A stretch of 64,000 bases of DNA from Marsupella aquatica. Its lineage: Eukaryota > Plantae > Marchantiophyta. The DNA is taken from NCBI GenBank assembly GCA_973895155.1, contig OZ316891.1:23993899-24057898 (forward strand), written 5' to 3'. The notes beneath the pieces were generated by a model. The model ran no database searches and was not told where the DNA came from. It worked only from the letters and a program-made list of their open reading frames with translations. Positions 1 through 11,650 of this stretch are shown piece after piece (the stretch's first letter is position 1; each line of letters begins with the position of its first letter). Made by a program: the position numbers and the translations under genes.

Positions 1-1261
1 CTAGCATAGTCACATGTCCAAGCTTTGCTTTTGACTCTGAATATATTCATTGTCAACCATTGAAGGAGCTACGTGCATGAATTGTCTACTTATTGGGTTG
101 TTTAGGGATTCAATATACAAAAATGACAACTTGAGTAAGGCAGTCTACGGAGGCGCGAAAGAGTCGCGAGGAGTCGAGTTCAGCTACGGCAGTATTCACT
201 TCAGTTGTCTCAATGTGGTTGGCGTGAGCTGCAGGTGAGCTTAGCTGTGTGCACATTTCATGTAAGTCAGGTGGTCGGTGTTTTAGGCATTGCGGAACTT
301 GATTGACCACCCCATGGCTAAGGTTTAAGGTGCGGACTACAACAAATATGTGTTGTTGCTGAAAGTGTTGGTGGTGAGCGACAACTGGTATTGTTTCAGC
401 TAAAGGGAGCACATTGGAGCTTGTGTATCCATGACCTGCGACCGATTGCGGTTGCCTGCTGTTACAATTGCCGAATCAATCACGCACCCAATCTTGCGGG
501 CAGACACAACTTTGCGGGAGTGTTGAAGGTTTAGGGTGAGCAACAGCGGAGAGCTCATTGCTTGGTGGCAGGGTTGAAGGTGGATGATCGGGCTGCAAGG
601 CCAACCGGGGACTTGTTTTGCATTGAGCGATTGCTGCGGATTGCTACGCAGCTTCAGTTAGGGCGGCTTGGTGCTACATCGGCACAGGTAAGGCTGCAAT
701 CCCCTATCGACGCGGACTCACCTCGTGACTGCAAGTATAGTTGTCTAGGTGATGTATGCATTGCGTGTTTAGGGTCTAGGTGACATCGCTGCTAAGCAAA
801 ATTTGTGAGCTGCCTAGGTCCATTGCCGAATGTTGCTTCCTTTAAATTACCTGGTGCCTGCTGTTACAATCGCCTGCTCAATCATGCACCCAATCGCCTG
901 GAGCTCATTTGCCTGGAGCTTCATCCGTCAGATTCAAACTGTTATTGCTGCTCTGCCCTTTTGCCATGGGTTGCCGGCCTACCGGATGCTATCAACAGAT
1001 TAAGAACAAGTCATATCCTAAGTCCCGGTGTTGCAGTGATGTCCCCGACCCTAAGATGCTTTCCAAACTCATCTTTCTTGTTTCCTGTTGCTGCTGATGT
1101 ATGTATGTTCTCCCCTATTTTTGCTTACAGATTGGTCTCTCCACACTTCTTGCTTGACATGATTGTTTTGCTCCTCCCTGTATCAGAACATGCCTTGTGC
1201 CCGGCGGTGGGGTGGGGGGGTGAACAGACGACCTTAAGGTTCACTACATTTCTAGGAACTG

Positions 1262-1425
1262 TGCATCTTTCAGCTGATTTTAGCCGCAAGTTCCCTTGCT
1301 TTCCCCTGTTTTTGCTAAGATCCCTCCCACTAATCACATGCATCTTTCAGCTGATTTTAGCCGCAAGTTCCCTTGCTTTCCCCTGCTTTTGCTAAGATCC
1401 CTCCCCACTAATGACATGCATCCTT
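1262..1425. repeat. 77-bp tandem duplication (2 copies plus a partial third)
   Basis: TGCATCTTTCAGCTGATTTTAGCCGCAAG... starts at 1262 and again at 1339. Confidence 0.9.
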
Positions 1426-2612
1426 TACTTTTCTCGGTGGCCCGTGCGCCTGCCTTCCTACTTTCGTTCTTATGGACTCTCCTTAGGTTTTCATTCACCT
1501 GGTTTTGGACTTTTTGCTCCGGTGGAATCTGTCTTGACAACTTGTGTTTGTTCTAATTGTTAATATCTCAAGAGGGTCGTCAACTAAGCTGAAAGGAGTC
1601 AAAGCTAACTACAAGCTAGCAAAATAATACAGAGAATGCTCCCAAGTCGAGTCAGGAGGAAGTTACTAAAACTAGACCTTCACAACTCTCGAAACTGGAA
1701 AGTGAAATTCAGCGTGAGACACGTAGCTGAAGGCCACAAGGATAACTATATGGCCACGCTGTCCCCCATTCAAGTCCAAAGTCCTCTTCAGATTGTCTGA
1801 ACTCCTATTGAATGTATTGAATAATTATTTCATCACAGAAATTTTCAGAACAAACACGGAAGCACCAGGGGGCTGAGGATTAGGTATTGAGGCTGAAGAC
1901 ATTGAGGTCATAAACTAGGTGTGGTTCGGGTGACAATGTTAGCAACTGATGCTTCTTCAGGGGAACTTCCCATGTGCAGTTTATCCACACATGATTGACT
2001 TTGGTTCTTGCTGTTTTTCTTTTGGTGTACTCTTGAGTTTGGTGTCACTCTATCCTTTCCTATAGCCTCGAAATAGGAACACACCTGCTTAGTGGTCCCC
2101 AATCGCCCAATGATTTATAATGACTGTGTCTAGGTGATGTATGCATTGCGTGTTCATTCCAGAAGAATGAATATGTACACTTTGCACAAACCTGGACAGA
2201 TTTTGAATGTTATTTATCTGAGTTTCTGTTTGTGAGCTCTGACTTGGAGCCTTAACATTTGTGTTTCTGTGGGGCTGAGCAGAGTTTGTTCAGTCTAGAA
2301 GCTGCTATACTGAAGTGATCAGCCTCCGGCTTGGAGGTGAATCTTCAATTTTTTGTGGATCCGAGTGACTTCTGTCCAACTGAGTTTTGCTTTGTCGGGA
2401 CGATTGTGTTTGGCTAAGATGCTAGATTGTGGCTTGTCTTCTTGCTTCCAGCTTGTGTATTTTCAATTAATAGAAGTTGGGAACGAAGTGATAATTGAAT
2501 TTCCTTATATTAAGCATCTTCACCTAGAAACTCAATACATAAACTCCAGGATTCCCTCGGGACATAAAATGAGCCAAATTGTCTCAAAATTGGGAACCTG
2601 CACCCGCACTAC

Positions 2613-2955
2613 TCAAACAATTGTGTTGGGCTTGGTGGCCTTGTAAGTCTTCTTTAGCTTTCGCAATGGAGGTTGAATCTTGCAGTACGTCAAGGGGAAC
2701 TTGATCTTTGAATCATGGAACTGCTTGGTACTTTCTCGCTTGCACAGAGAGACAGGGACTGTCGTAGTCTTCATGATCTGGATGCAAGGGAACCGAACTC
2801 TATGACAAGAAGCCATCTCATCATACATCTGCTCTGCAGCTCCGTTTCTTGTGGTATCACAATATTCCTTGTACATGTTGTGATAACCTGTACGACTCTG
2901 ATACGTGGACCCAGATACCGAAGTTCTTAATTGTGGTGGGCTTCTTTTTGAAGAT
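2613..2955 (-). pseudogene. RPL18A: Captured terminal exon of 60S ribosomal protein L18a (eL20), frameshifted
   Basis: [15 protein letters not shown] / [63 protein letters not shown]...[12 protein letters not shown] matches the plant L18a C-half. It begins right after a CAG acceptor at 2958-2956. Confidence 0.9.
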
Positions 2956-3963
2956 CTGGTAGACACATTATTCAGCATTTGCTAACTTCGAAACTAGAAG
3001 GGTAACACATTAAACAACAGAGAAACTCACAACATCCTCCTTTGGTCCTTCAGAGTCTGTACTTTGATTCTGAAGTTTGACTGAGTTTTTGTTTACTAAA
3101 AGAATGTGACTGTGTAAGAGTTCCGTTTGGCAGTGGATTGGTTGAAGCACTTCATGCTAGTGTGTCATCCACAGCTCTTCAACCAGCTTTCGTCTTCCTT
3201 GTCTTTCACCACTTACGATGACATCAATTCAGCTAAGACCATAGAAGGTTCCAAAGCATCTAACTTGTAAAATCGCATTCTGTTACATCAAGGACTGAGG
3301 TGTTGGGTGCCAAAGGAGACAGCACAACAAACACGCTGAAAAGACTTCAGGACTGGGTTCAACAAGGTAGTGAAGGTGCTTAGAGCCATAGTAAGTATGC
3401 ATTCTGTATCTTTCTCTATTGATGTGAGCTTGTGCATAATGGGAGTTGTAGTTGGCAAGAGTTCCAAATATGAATAGATCCAGAAGTATGTGATCATGTA
3501 CTTGCTCTATAAAGTTCTGAAGATATAAGCATTTTCTGTTAGACCAGGCAACTTGGGAGTTGGTAAGTGTCACCTGCATCTGAGGGGCTACACCGGGGCA
3601 TCAGTGGAGGTTCACTTGCACAACACGACAACCAGTGAATTTTCTCTCTGCTGCAACCTGCAAGGTGAGACTTTCGGTCTTTTTGGATGAAAAAACAGGA
3701 GTTTAATATGATTGATATACATGTCCGTCGAGAATATGGGTTTATCACCAAGCTCTTTGTCTTAGGAAACTCATAAACTCAGAATCAAATATGTACTATG
3801 CACGTTTCATGCTATGTGTATACTATGACCTGTAGTTGGAACCAAGACAATGAGTGGGAACTGATTAGTTTAGGTGGTTGCTGTTGGCGAGGCAAGTCGA
3901 CCTCCTGCTCACCTTGCTCATCAAAGGACGTGAACAGAGGACATCACAACGAAAGCAACACTT

Positions 3964-4413
3964 ATGGTGAGGACCCGCAACGCTGAACATGTGCGACTTG
4001 CACGCAAGGCAGAGATGTTGCGCCTTGAGTATGTCAGACTTGGGATCCTTCCAGCCCAGTCTGCATGGTACTTTGAGTACCCTGTTGTTTCTAGGAACAA
4101 CTACAGCCGGCCTCTACCTGCTTCAGTACCCTTCCCGACATCCTTGGTATTTGTGTCTCTTGTACATGACCCGCCACAAATTAGGTGCCAAGGGTGTGTA
4201 CACAGTTGCCAATATGACTGTCCTGCCTGTAGGGCTTCTGGCCCAGAATTGGATGACCGTTCTCTTGGATGCCGATTTTTGCACAGAGCACAATGTATCA
4301 TCTGGAACCACTCGCCATCCTGCAGTGTGCCTGGTGATGTCACTTGTCCTGCCCTCCCAGACCCCACCACCGGTGACTTTGGTGTCTACACATGTTTGGA
4401 TCACATGCTCTAG
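3964..4413 (+). CDS. Cys/His-rich putative zinc-finger (degenerate PHD-like) protein, 149 aa, transposon cargo
   Basis: ATG-initiated ORF with CQGC-x3-C-x3-CPAC...GCRFLHRAQC...YTCLDH spacing. Confidence 0.5.
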   Translation: MVRTRNAEHVRLARKAEMLRLEYVRLGILPAQSAWYFEYPVVSRNNYSRPLPASVPFPTSLVFVSLVHDPPQIRCQGCVHSCQYDCPACRASGPELDDRSLGCRFLHRAQCIIWNHSPSCSVPGDVTCPALPDPTTGDFGVYTCLDHML

Positions 4414-5028
4414 AGGACCACTTGTCACACCGCATGCACAGACCAGATACCATTGACCTATAGCTTAACACTCTGACTTCAACACAGAGGATATTTACTT
4501 AAAATTTTGATGTATGAGCAATTTTGGGTCCAGGGTTTAGGGTCAACAGTACATAACTTATATCCTATTATGCCTGCACTAAGCAAAATATCCTAATTTA
4601 AGAGGCTAGCAAACTCGCATAAAAGTCTCTATTGAAAGACTGCTTTCATGACTGCTTTAACCTGGTGAACATTGCAACGTTGAATGAATTAATGGGCCAT
4701 GTGATAATATGCAAAATGATTTATGCCTCACTTATTTGTCTCAGCCACTATCATAACCTATTTAGGATGTATAAATTTCAACCCTTATGACACTGCTTCA
4801 TACCAATCCTCTTCGAAGAATGCCTGTTTTACATGTCACGACTATTGTATGTGATTCAAATGCATGAAATGTTGTTGCAGATCTCCTTTGGTGAATCATA
4901 GCCACAATTAAAATTGAGGTGTTGGTGGAGAAATTGTATTAGGGGATCAGTTTTGTGTGTGGGCTCAACATACCAAAAGTATGTGTGCTCTGCATCCTTG
5001 TGTGGCCATTCCAATTCATTGCAGTAGC

Positions 5029-5172
5029 AAATGCCTTTGTACCTTAAATGCTAAATATATTTTACTTTCTGTGCAGTCTGCTAAATTGTAGAGTCTATCT
5101 AAATGCCTTTGTACCTTAAATGCTAAATATATATTACTTTCTGTGCAGTCTGCTAAATTGTAGAGTCTATCT
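5029..5172. repeat. 72-bp tandem duplication immediately upstream of the PHD ORF
   Basis: AAATGCCTTTGTACCTTAAATGC...GAGTCTATCT at 5029 and 5101, with 1 mismatch. Confidence 0.9.
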
Positions 5173-5183
5173 CATGCGCAGGC

Positions 5184-5864
5184 ATGGCACGGCCTAAAAT
5201 TCAAGCCAAAAAGCGTGTGACAGAGGTGAGAAACACAGGTGTACTTGGGGCAGATGCTACTAACTTCTCTGCAAGTCAGATTTTCCAGAAGGCAGCTCAT
5301 TGTTGTGCCATTTGTGACGATGGTGGGGGCCTGGTCATTTGTGAGGGCCCTTGCATGAGGCATTTCCACCTCAACCCGGAGTCTGACCTTGCTGCAGAAA
5401 ACAACTGTCCAGGGGTGGGCCTCCCGTCAACACACCAGGGAGACTGGATGTGCACTGATTGTTTGGAGAAGCAGGCTAAGTGTGCACAGTGTGGGAAGTT
5501 GGGGTCCTATGAGGGCTCTGTTGATGCTGCAGCAAATGTTAGGAAATGTCCAGACCGTTTTTGTGTGAGATTTTTCTGTTTTGAGTGTTTGCCTGCTCAT
5601 GCCACAGCTTGCCCACTTCATAGGTGCAAGGCATGTGGTGAGCATGATGATGACTACTGGACTGACATAGTCCACTGTGCTAGGTGTCCCACTATGTGGC
5701 ACTATCATTGCCTGAAAGACCATCAAGCAGAGGGTTATGCTTGTGACAGAGAAATCTATGATCACTCTGCACATGGTGTTGATCGATGGATATTTTATTG
5801 TCATCGCCATGCCATTGATCCTACCTCGCGCACTCCTGTGAGAGATCACATATCTTGGCTGTGA
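5184..5864 (+). CDS. Stand-alone EDM2-like composite PHD-finger protein, 226 aa
   Basis: CAICDDGGGLVICEGPCMRHFH...C..C...CAQCGKLGS...CPLHRCKAC...CARCPTMWHYHCL...IFYCHRHAID...TPVRDH parallels the EDM2/NSD-type PHD array (CAICDNGG..CCEG.C.RSFH...CPLH.C..C...C.RCP..YH..CL...IYC..H.ID....TPVRDH). Confidence 0.85.
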   Translation: MARPKIQAKKRVTEVRNTGVLGADATNFSASQIFQKAAHCCAICDDGGGLVICEGPCMRHFHLNPESDLAAENNCPGVGLPSTHQGDWMCTDCLEKQAKCAQCGKLGSYEGSVDAAANVRKCPDRFCVRFFCFECLPAHATACPLHRCKACGEHDDDYWTDIVHCARCPTMWHYHCLKDHQAEGYACDREIYDHSAHGVDRWIFYCHRHAIDPTSRTPVRDHISWL

Positions 5865-6456
5865 AGCTGAACATTGTACATGCACAGTGCACCTGATGTG
5901 GATGTACTATTTTTTGAGATTGCAGAGATTCCAATTTTGAAAAGGAGTTGGGTAGGCGAGTTTATATAGGCAGCACTTATCTTGTGCTCTGGCGTCAGTG
6001 GCTGGGTACATGCCTATACAAACTTATCCTTACAAGCCTTCTTGGAAGTATTTAGGCTGAGTGGTCATTTTCATAAACACTTTCATCACACTGCTAAATT
6101 AAAACAGGACTTCTAAGTTGTAAGCGTATAAATTATCAGGCATGCAATTAATCAAATTGCCCTATAAGTTTGTCATTGAATGTATCCTCCTTTACAACAA
6201 AATATGTATGTGCCATGACAAGTTGGTTGCACTTCATTTCACCACGGATATGGATTTTGTAGTATATATTCAAACAATGTCCTGCATCCGTGCAGGTGCC
6301 TAGTACGTATTGTTCACATATCCCTTGTACCTATCAAAATCGGACCTGAGCACCAGTGGGCTAGATCAACTCAAAAAGCAGGAATTTTGTTGTCCTTGTA
6401 TTGTCAGGTGAACCCATTCTTCCAAAATTCACTGTCATCACGTAGGGTGTGTGTAC

Positions 6457-7329
6457 ATGGAGCCTGGTAAACGTAGAAAGTGTGACCACCCAGCAGTGTT
6501 TACAGGGGTCAGAGCGATTTTGGTCCATGGCCAGCATGGGTTGACCAAAGTGCATTGGCCAACTGTACAGAAACGATTCTCTGAGCTCCATGGCACTGTA
6601 GTTCAGGACATCACTCCAGAGACTACACATGTTGTTGCAGGGACATGGCTATCAGTGATAAAGAAGTGGTCATGGTCCTACATGAATTCTGCAATTACTA
6701 AGCAAGGCCTAAAAGTAGTTGAGGCCTCTTGGATCACAGATTCCATAGCACATAAGATTGTACAGGATACTGAGCAATATGAGTTGTGGGAGGATGAAGA
6801 AGCTACTGCATCAGCTTGGGCTGAACAAGAAGTCTGGGAAGCAAAGGCACGGCTTGCTGATCTCCAATATGGACCTGTACTCAACAAAGGACAGAGCTCT
6901 ACAAGGCTGAAGAGTATGTTGGCTGAGGAGACGAAGCAACCAACCCCCATTCTGAAAGGGCTGAGCATGGTATTTGTGGAGGCGGGAATTGGAGAGGTTA
7001 AGTGCAAAGTGTACAAGTCCACAGTGCTTGACCTAGGTGGGACAGTGGAGGAGAATATAACAGAGGACACCACTCATGTCATTACTAAGTCATATCCCAA
7101 AGCCTGCCGCAAGTTTGGGAAGGGAGACATTCGCTTTTATGTCATGTCCCATAATGTGTTTGTGGTTTCATATGCTTGGCTTGTGGAATCAGTAGCAGCT
7201 GGGAAGCGTCAAAACCCAATGGACTATGATCTTTTTGAGGCCTGGCCACGGAAGGGTCAGGATCCTTACAGAGAGGACTATGAGACAACAAGTGAGGAAT
7301 GGGTCATTAGCGATTCTGAATCAGAGTGA
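6457..7329 (+). CDS. Tandem BRCT-domain protein (DNA polymerase lambda-type BRCT), 290 aa
   Basis: Two repeats of F/L.G...LG/HG.V...IT..TTHVV...W..DS/ES. The second repeat (VFVEAGI...KFGK...YAWLVESVAAGKR) resembles the plant Pol lambda N-terminal BRCT. ATG at 6457. Confidence 0.8.
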   Translation: MEPGKRRKCDHPAVFTGVRAILVHGQHGLTKVHWPTVQKRFSELHGTVVQDITPETTHVVAGTWLSVIKKWSWSYMNSAITKQGLKVVEASWITDSIAHKIVQDTEQYELWEDEEATASAWAEQEVWEAKARLADLQYGPVLNKGQSSTRLKSMLAEETKQPTPILKGLSMVFVEAGIGEVKCKVYKSTVLDLGGTVEENITEDTTHVITKSYPKACRKFGKGDIRFYVMSHNVFVVSYAWLVESVAAGKRQNPMDYDLFEAWPRKGQDPYREDYETTSEEWVISDSESE

Positions 7330-7762
7330 GGAGTAGTAGCATCAGTTTGGACACAAGTTTTTTTGTATAAATCAGATCATTGAAATAAATGTGATCTTTG
7401 AACTAATGTACCTTGTTATGGTTGGTGGCAGTTGGGCTTATTTTACTGTTGGCGGATTGTTGTTTCCTGCTGCCTGGGGGTGTCACTGTAAACGTACATG
7501 CAGAGGCGGTACATTTGAGGACAGCGGAGGAGGTGGTGACACCCTCCAACATTTAGAAATTTTGTGTCATTCACTTGACAATAGGTACACTACTTGCGAA
7601 CCTGTTTTTTTCTTTTGGGGTGGTTTAGGGTTTGTGAGAATTTAGTACACGTTATGTTAACTCTTTTGGCAAATACAGTCAGGGATATATGGAACACAAA
7701 TACCACCATTAGGCATCCTTGTTCACTGCTGTCCATGACTGCAGAGCTCCCAGCCTGTTACA

Positions 7763-10700
7763 ATGCACCCTGGTCACCACCCTCCCCAGACCCAGCCCAG
7801 GGCACAGGCACTGCCTTTGCATCATCCCACAAGGATATCACGCCATGATAATAAGCTTTGGCAGCGTGAAAGGTTACGAACCAGACTTTCAGGAGCCAGT
7901 AGGATGAGATGTCCTTGTGCAATCTGCCAAGGATCCCGTACCAGGGGTCTGAATGAGGTTTGGCGGCATATCGCGGTTCATGGAAGAGATCCACGACATC
8001 GAGTTTGGAATGATCCTGCAGAGGAAGATTCTTCCGACGAGGAGTGGAGGTTAGAATTTGATGCTGCCAATGCTGCAAGACGGGCAAGTGAGGTTCTGCC
8101 TGGTGCATTTGAAAATGTTGTAGCTGGTCTCTGTGGGTTGTCAGCTCTCCAATGGGATGGTGCTCAGGCAGCACCACGTGACGAAGGAATTCATGTGGAA
8201 GAGATGGTGAGAGACATCTTCCAAGACTTGGATGCATTTCATGATGGGCTGGACAATGAAGAGGATACGGCTGCAGATGCAAGTGTGCCCCCTGTCGAAG
8301 AGCCTCTTGATGAGTTTGAGATAGGGCAGGAAACCCCTGGGCATGATGGGATGTTTGGCTCTCCCCTGCAAATACAGGAAGGCAGGAAGTCTTTGTACCC
8401 CGGTAGCAAATGTTCTAAACTGGGATTTGTCATCATGTTCCTGAACATTTGCGGCAACCACAATGTCCCCAACGTTTTGGTTTCTGAGTTGTTGGCATTC
8501 TTGCGAACAACTGTGCTACCAGATGGTAATATTTTGCCCAAGAACATGTACGAGGCAAAAAGATGCATATCTAATCTTGGATTGAACTATGATTCGATCC
8601 ATGCCTGTCCTGATGGGCATGTTCTTTTCAGAAAGGAGTATAAAGAATCGTTGACATGCCCTAAGTGTGGGAAGCACATGTATCGGAACTTAGGAAAGTC
8701 TATGGTTCCCGCCAAGGTACTTCGTCATTTTCCACTCATTCCCAGACTTCAGCGGATGTTCAGAAGCCGTGCCATCTCGGAGATGATGACTTGGGCAACT
8801 GACAAGAAAAGTGATGATGGGCTACAACGACATGCTGCAGATTCAAGGCAATGGAAACTCATAGATGAGATGTATCCCGAATTTGCTGCTGAGCCGAGGA
8901 ATGTCAGACTTGGGCTGTCATTGGATGGGGTAAACCCATTTGGAGACAAGAACAACAAATTTTCATGCTGGCCTGTAACTATTTTGAATTATAACCTTCC
9001 TCCTTGGATGACTACAAAGCGATTTTTTGTTCTGATGGTCCTACTGATACCAGGGCCAGACAGTGCTGTATCTGCCAACATAGATGTGTTTCTGGCTCCC
9101 CTAGTGGAGGAATTGAGAAAGCTTTGGGAGGAAGGAGTTCTCACATATGATGTCCTACAGAGGCTTGGGAGGTTAAACCCATTCATCCTTAGAGCCATTG
9201 TCATTCTGACTATAGCTGACTACCCAGCCCATGGGATGATATCAGGCCAAACAACAAAAGGATATTGTGCTTGTACTATCTGTGGGCGCAATGTCACCAG
9301 TGAGTACTCCAGAGCCCTGCAGAAAGTGATATACATGGGCCATCGTCGTTTTCTGAAGACAGATCACCCTTACAGAGAAAGACAGGCACTGATTGCACAC
9401 TTTGGCAATGAGATTGAGCAACGTGGACCCCCGGCACGAGTGACCAAAGAGGAGATCAGGCAGTGGGGAGCACTGAGAGATGACTATATCAAACGAGGGG
9501 GCAGGGAAGATGGAGTGAGTGATCCAATAAAGCGATATGGTGTAAAAAGACTGAGCATATTGGACTTGGAGCTCAAGTACTGGAGGGTAAGCCTCTTGGA
9601 GTTGATGCTAATTGGGATACATGTTTTGGTTCAGAGCATGTGCATTCATTTCGAAGAGAGAGACTAAACTTGAGGCATTTCCTGACGCTTTTGCATTGCA
9701 ACGATGCAGGAGTTTGAGCCAAGCAAACATAACATTGATGTTATGCACATTGAAAAGAATATTTGTGAGAGTCTACTCAGATTCTTGTGTGGAGAGAAAG
9801 ACACTGGTTCAATGAGATTGGATCTTGAACAGAGGGGAATGAAACCCCATCTTTGGTTGAGGCCACATGCCCACAGAGCTGATGTGCTCTTGAAGTACCA
9901 AGCACCCTATGTTCTGACAGACACAGAGTGGGAACTATTTGTGCAGAGGTTGAGTTCTTTGAAGGTTCCTTCAAACTATGGCAGTGCTTTCAAGAAGCAT
10001 ATCATGACTAGAAAGCTTGGTAGTATGAAAAGCCATGACTACCATATGTTGATGCAACAGGTGTTGCCTTTATGCCTGAGGGGCCTGTTGCAGAAGCCTG
10101 TTCGTACTGTGATCATGCGACTCAGTGATGTGTTTCGTCGTATTTGTGTGAAGGTTTGGGATGAAACACACTTCCCACAACTGACAGAAGATGTCGCTCA
10201 GGTGCTGTGTGACCTGGAGATTTATTTTCCTCCCGCATTTTTTGATGTCATGACCCACCTACTTGTCCATGTTGTGGAAGAGCTACACCAATTTGGGCCT
10301 GTGAGTGCTCGTTGGTTGTACCCTTTGGAACGGTACATGAAGCTACTCAAAGGTCACGTGAGAACATATTACAAACCTGAAGCAAGCATGGCTAAAGGTT
10401 ACATCAAGGATGAGACTCTGGGATTTCTGACCGAATACATAGCACAATATGAGCATGTGAAGACCAGGGTGTGGAATTCTGATGAGGAGGAAGGGGTGGT
10501 AGGTGAAGTACTGGAAGGGGCTGCAACCACAAAGAACCTGACCATATCTATGAGAGACTTGGCACATGACTTTGTATTGCACAACACTGTGGTGATGGAA
10601 CCCTGGATACAGTGAGTGCATACATGTGCTATAATCCAGTTCATGAGCTTAAATGTTGTGTTCGTGTGGTTTTCTCCTTCAGCCTGTTCATGTTTACCCA

Positions 10701-11494
10701 AGCTAATGCTGTGTGGTTGTTCGTTCAGGGAGTATGAGTCATTGAAGGCGGCCCATCCCACTGCAGGAACAACTTTTCCAGGTTTCATGGAGTGGATCAG
10801 AGTGGCAATTAGAGAGCATCACGAGACCCACCCAGACATGGATGCAGATGTTTACCTACTGTCTAATGCCCCTAGCCTGAAAGTGAAGACTTACAAACGG
10901 ATGAGAGCATATGGGAATCACTTCCGAGTGAAGGATGGTGACAGTGCCTACAGGGTGACGAATGACTGCGGGCTCATCACTGTATTTGAGCAACAGAGCC
11001 ACAATCACGACAGGGCCTGGATGGAGATGGGATATGTGGGAGAATTAGTTGACATATGGGCTCTGGACTATGGGGCGGTGTCCAGTCCTGTGATTCTTAT
11101 GAAAGGTTCATGGGTGCGGCAGGATTGGCTTGGTAACAGGGCTACCATGAAGAGAGACAACGACGGTTTCTTGCTGGCCAATTTCAGAGGGAAATTGCCC
11201 AAATGGTCTGAGCCATTTGTGTTTCCTAGTCAGGTGGAGCAAGCTTTCTTCCTGGATGTGGAAGACTCCCCAGGTTGGCGTGTAGTGTGTCATAAACAGG
11301 CCAGGCAACGCCGGATGGAAGGATCAAACCTTGAGTTTCATTTACACTCTCATAGTGCCTTTGATCGTCGGCGTTCAGACCAAGTGCCTGTAGTTCATGA
11401 TAGCGGGGACTTCATTCCTGTGACAAGGGTAGATGCATTTGCTGAAGGAGGCGAATTCAGAGATGCAGATGCCAACAGTGTGCCTGTGCCATGA
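7763..11494 (+). CDS. tnpD: CACTA TnpD transposase (transposase-associated Zn domain, Transposase_21/Tnp2, DUF4218, DUF4216); exons ~7763-9586, 9710-10611, 10729-11494
   Basis: CPCAIC...H, IHACPDGHVLF, RNVRLGLSLDGVNPFG, YNLPPW, DYPA, HNIDVMHIEKNICES, MKSHDYH, FFDVMTHLLVH, WLYPLERYM, EPFVFPSQVEQAFF. GT-AG introns join the three ORFs in frame. Confidence 0.93.
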
Positions 11495-11650
11495 GTAATG
11501 TGAATTGTTTGCATAGACATTAGTGAGGGGAAGGATGTGTAATAAAGTAATTCTGAAGCAACACAGATGTATGGATGGATGCCTGGTGATTGTGGTTGCA
11601 TTGTGTTATACGGGGTGACCATAGATGACATGTTTTTGTGGTCCAGTAGG

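Noticed and set aside
805-1556. 196-aa and neighbouring ORFs
   Set aside because: Non-ATG starts, low-complexity pyrimidine-rich DNA spanning a tandem duplication, and no recognisable domain.
3283-3579. LLDLFIFGTLANY resembling a PCI/CSN7 motif
   Set aside because: Too short, and the surrounding residues do not support it.
530-7630. Scattered TTTAGGG motifs as interstitial telomere
   Set aside because: Single isolated copies (telo-box-like), not tandem arrays.
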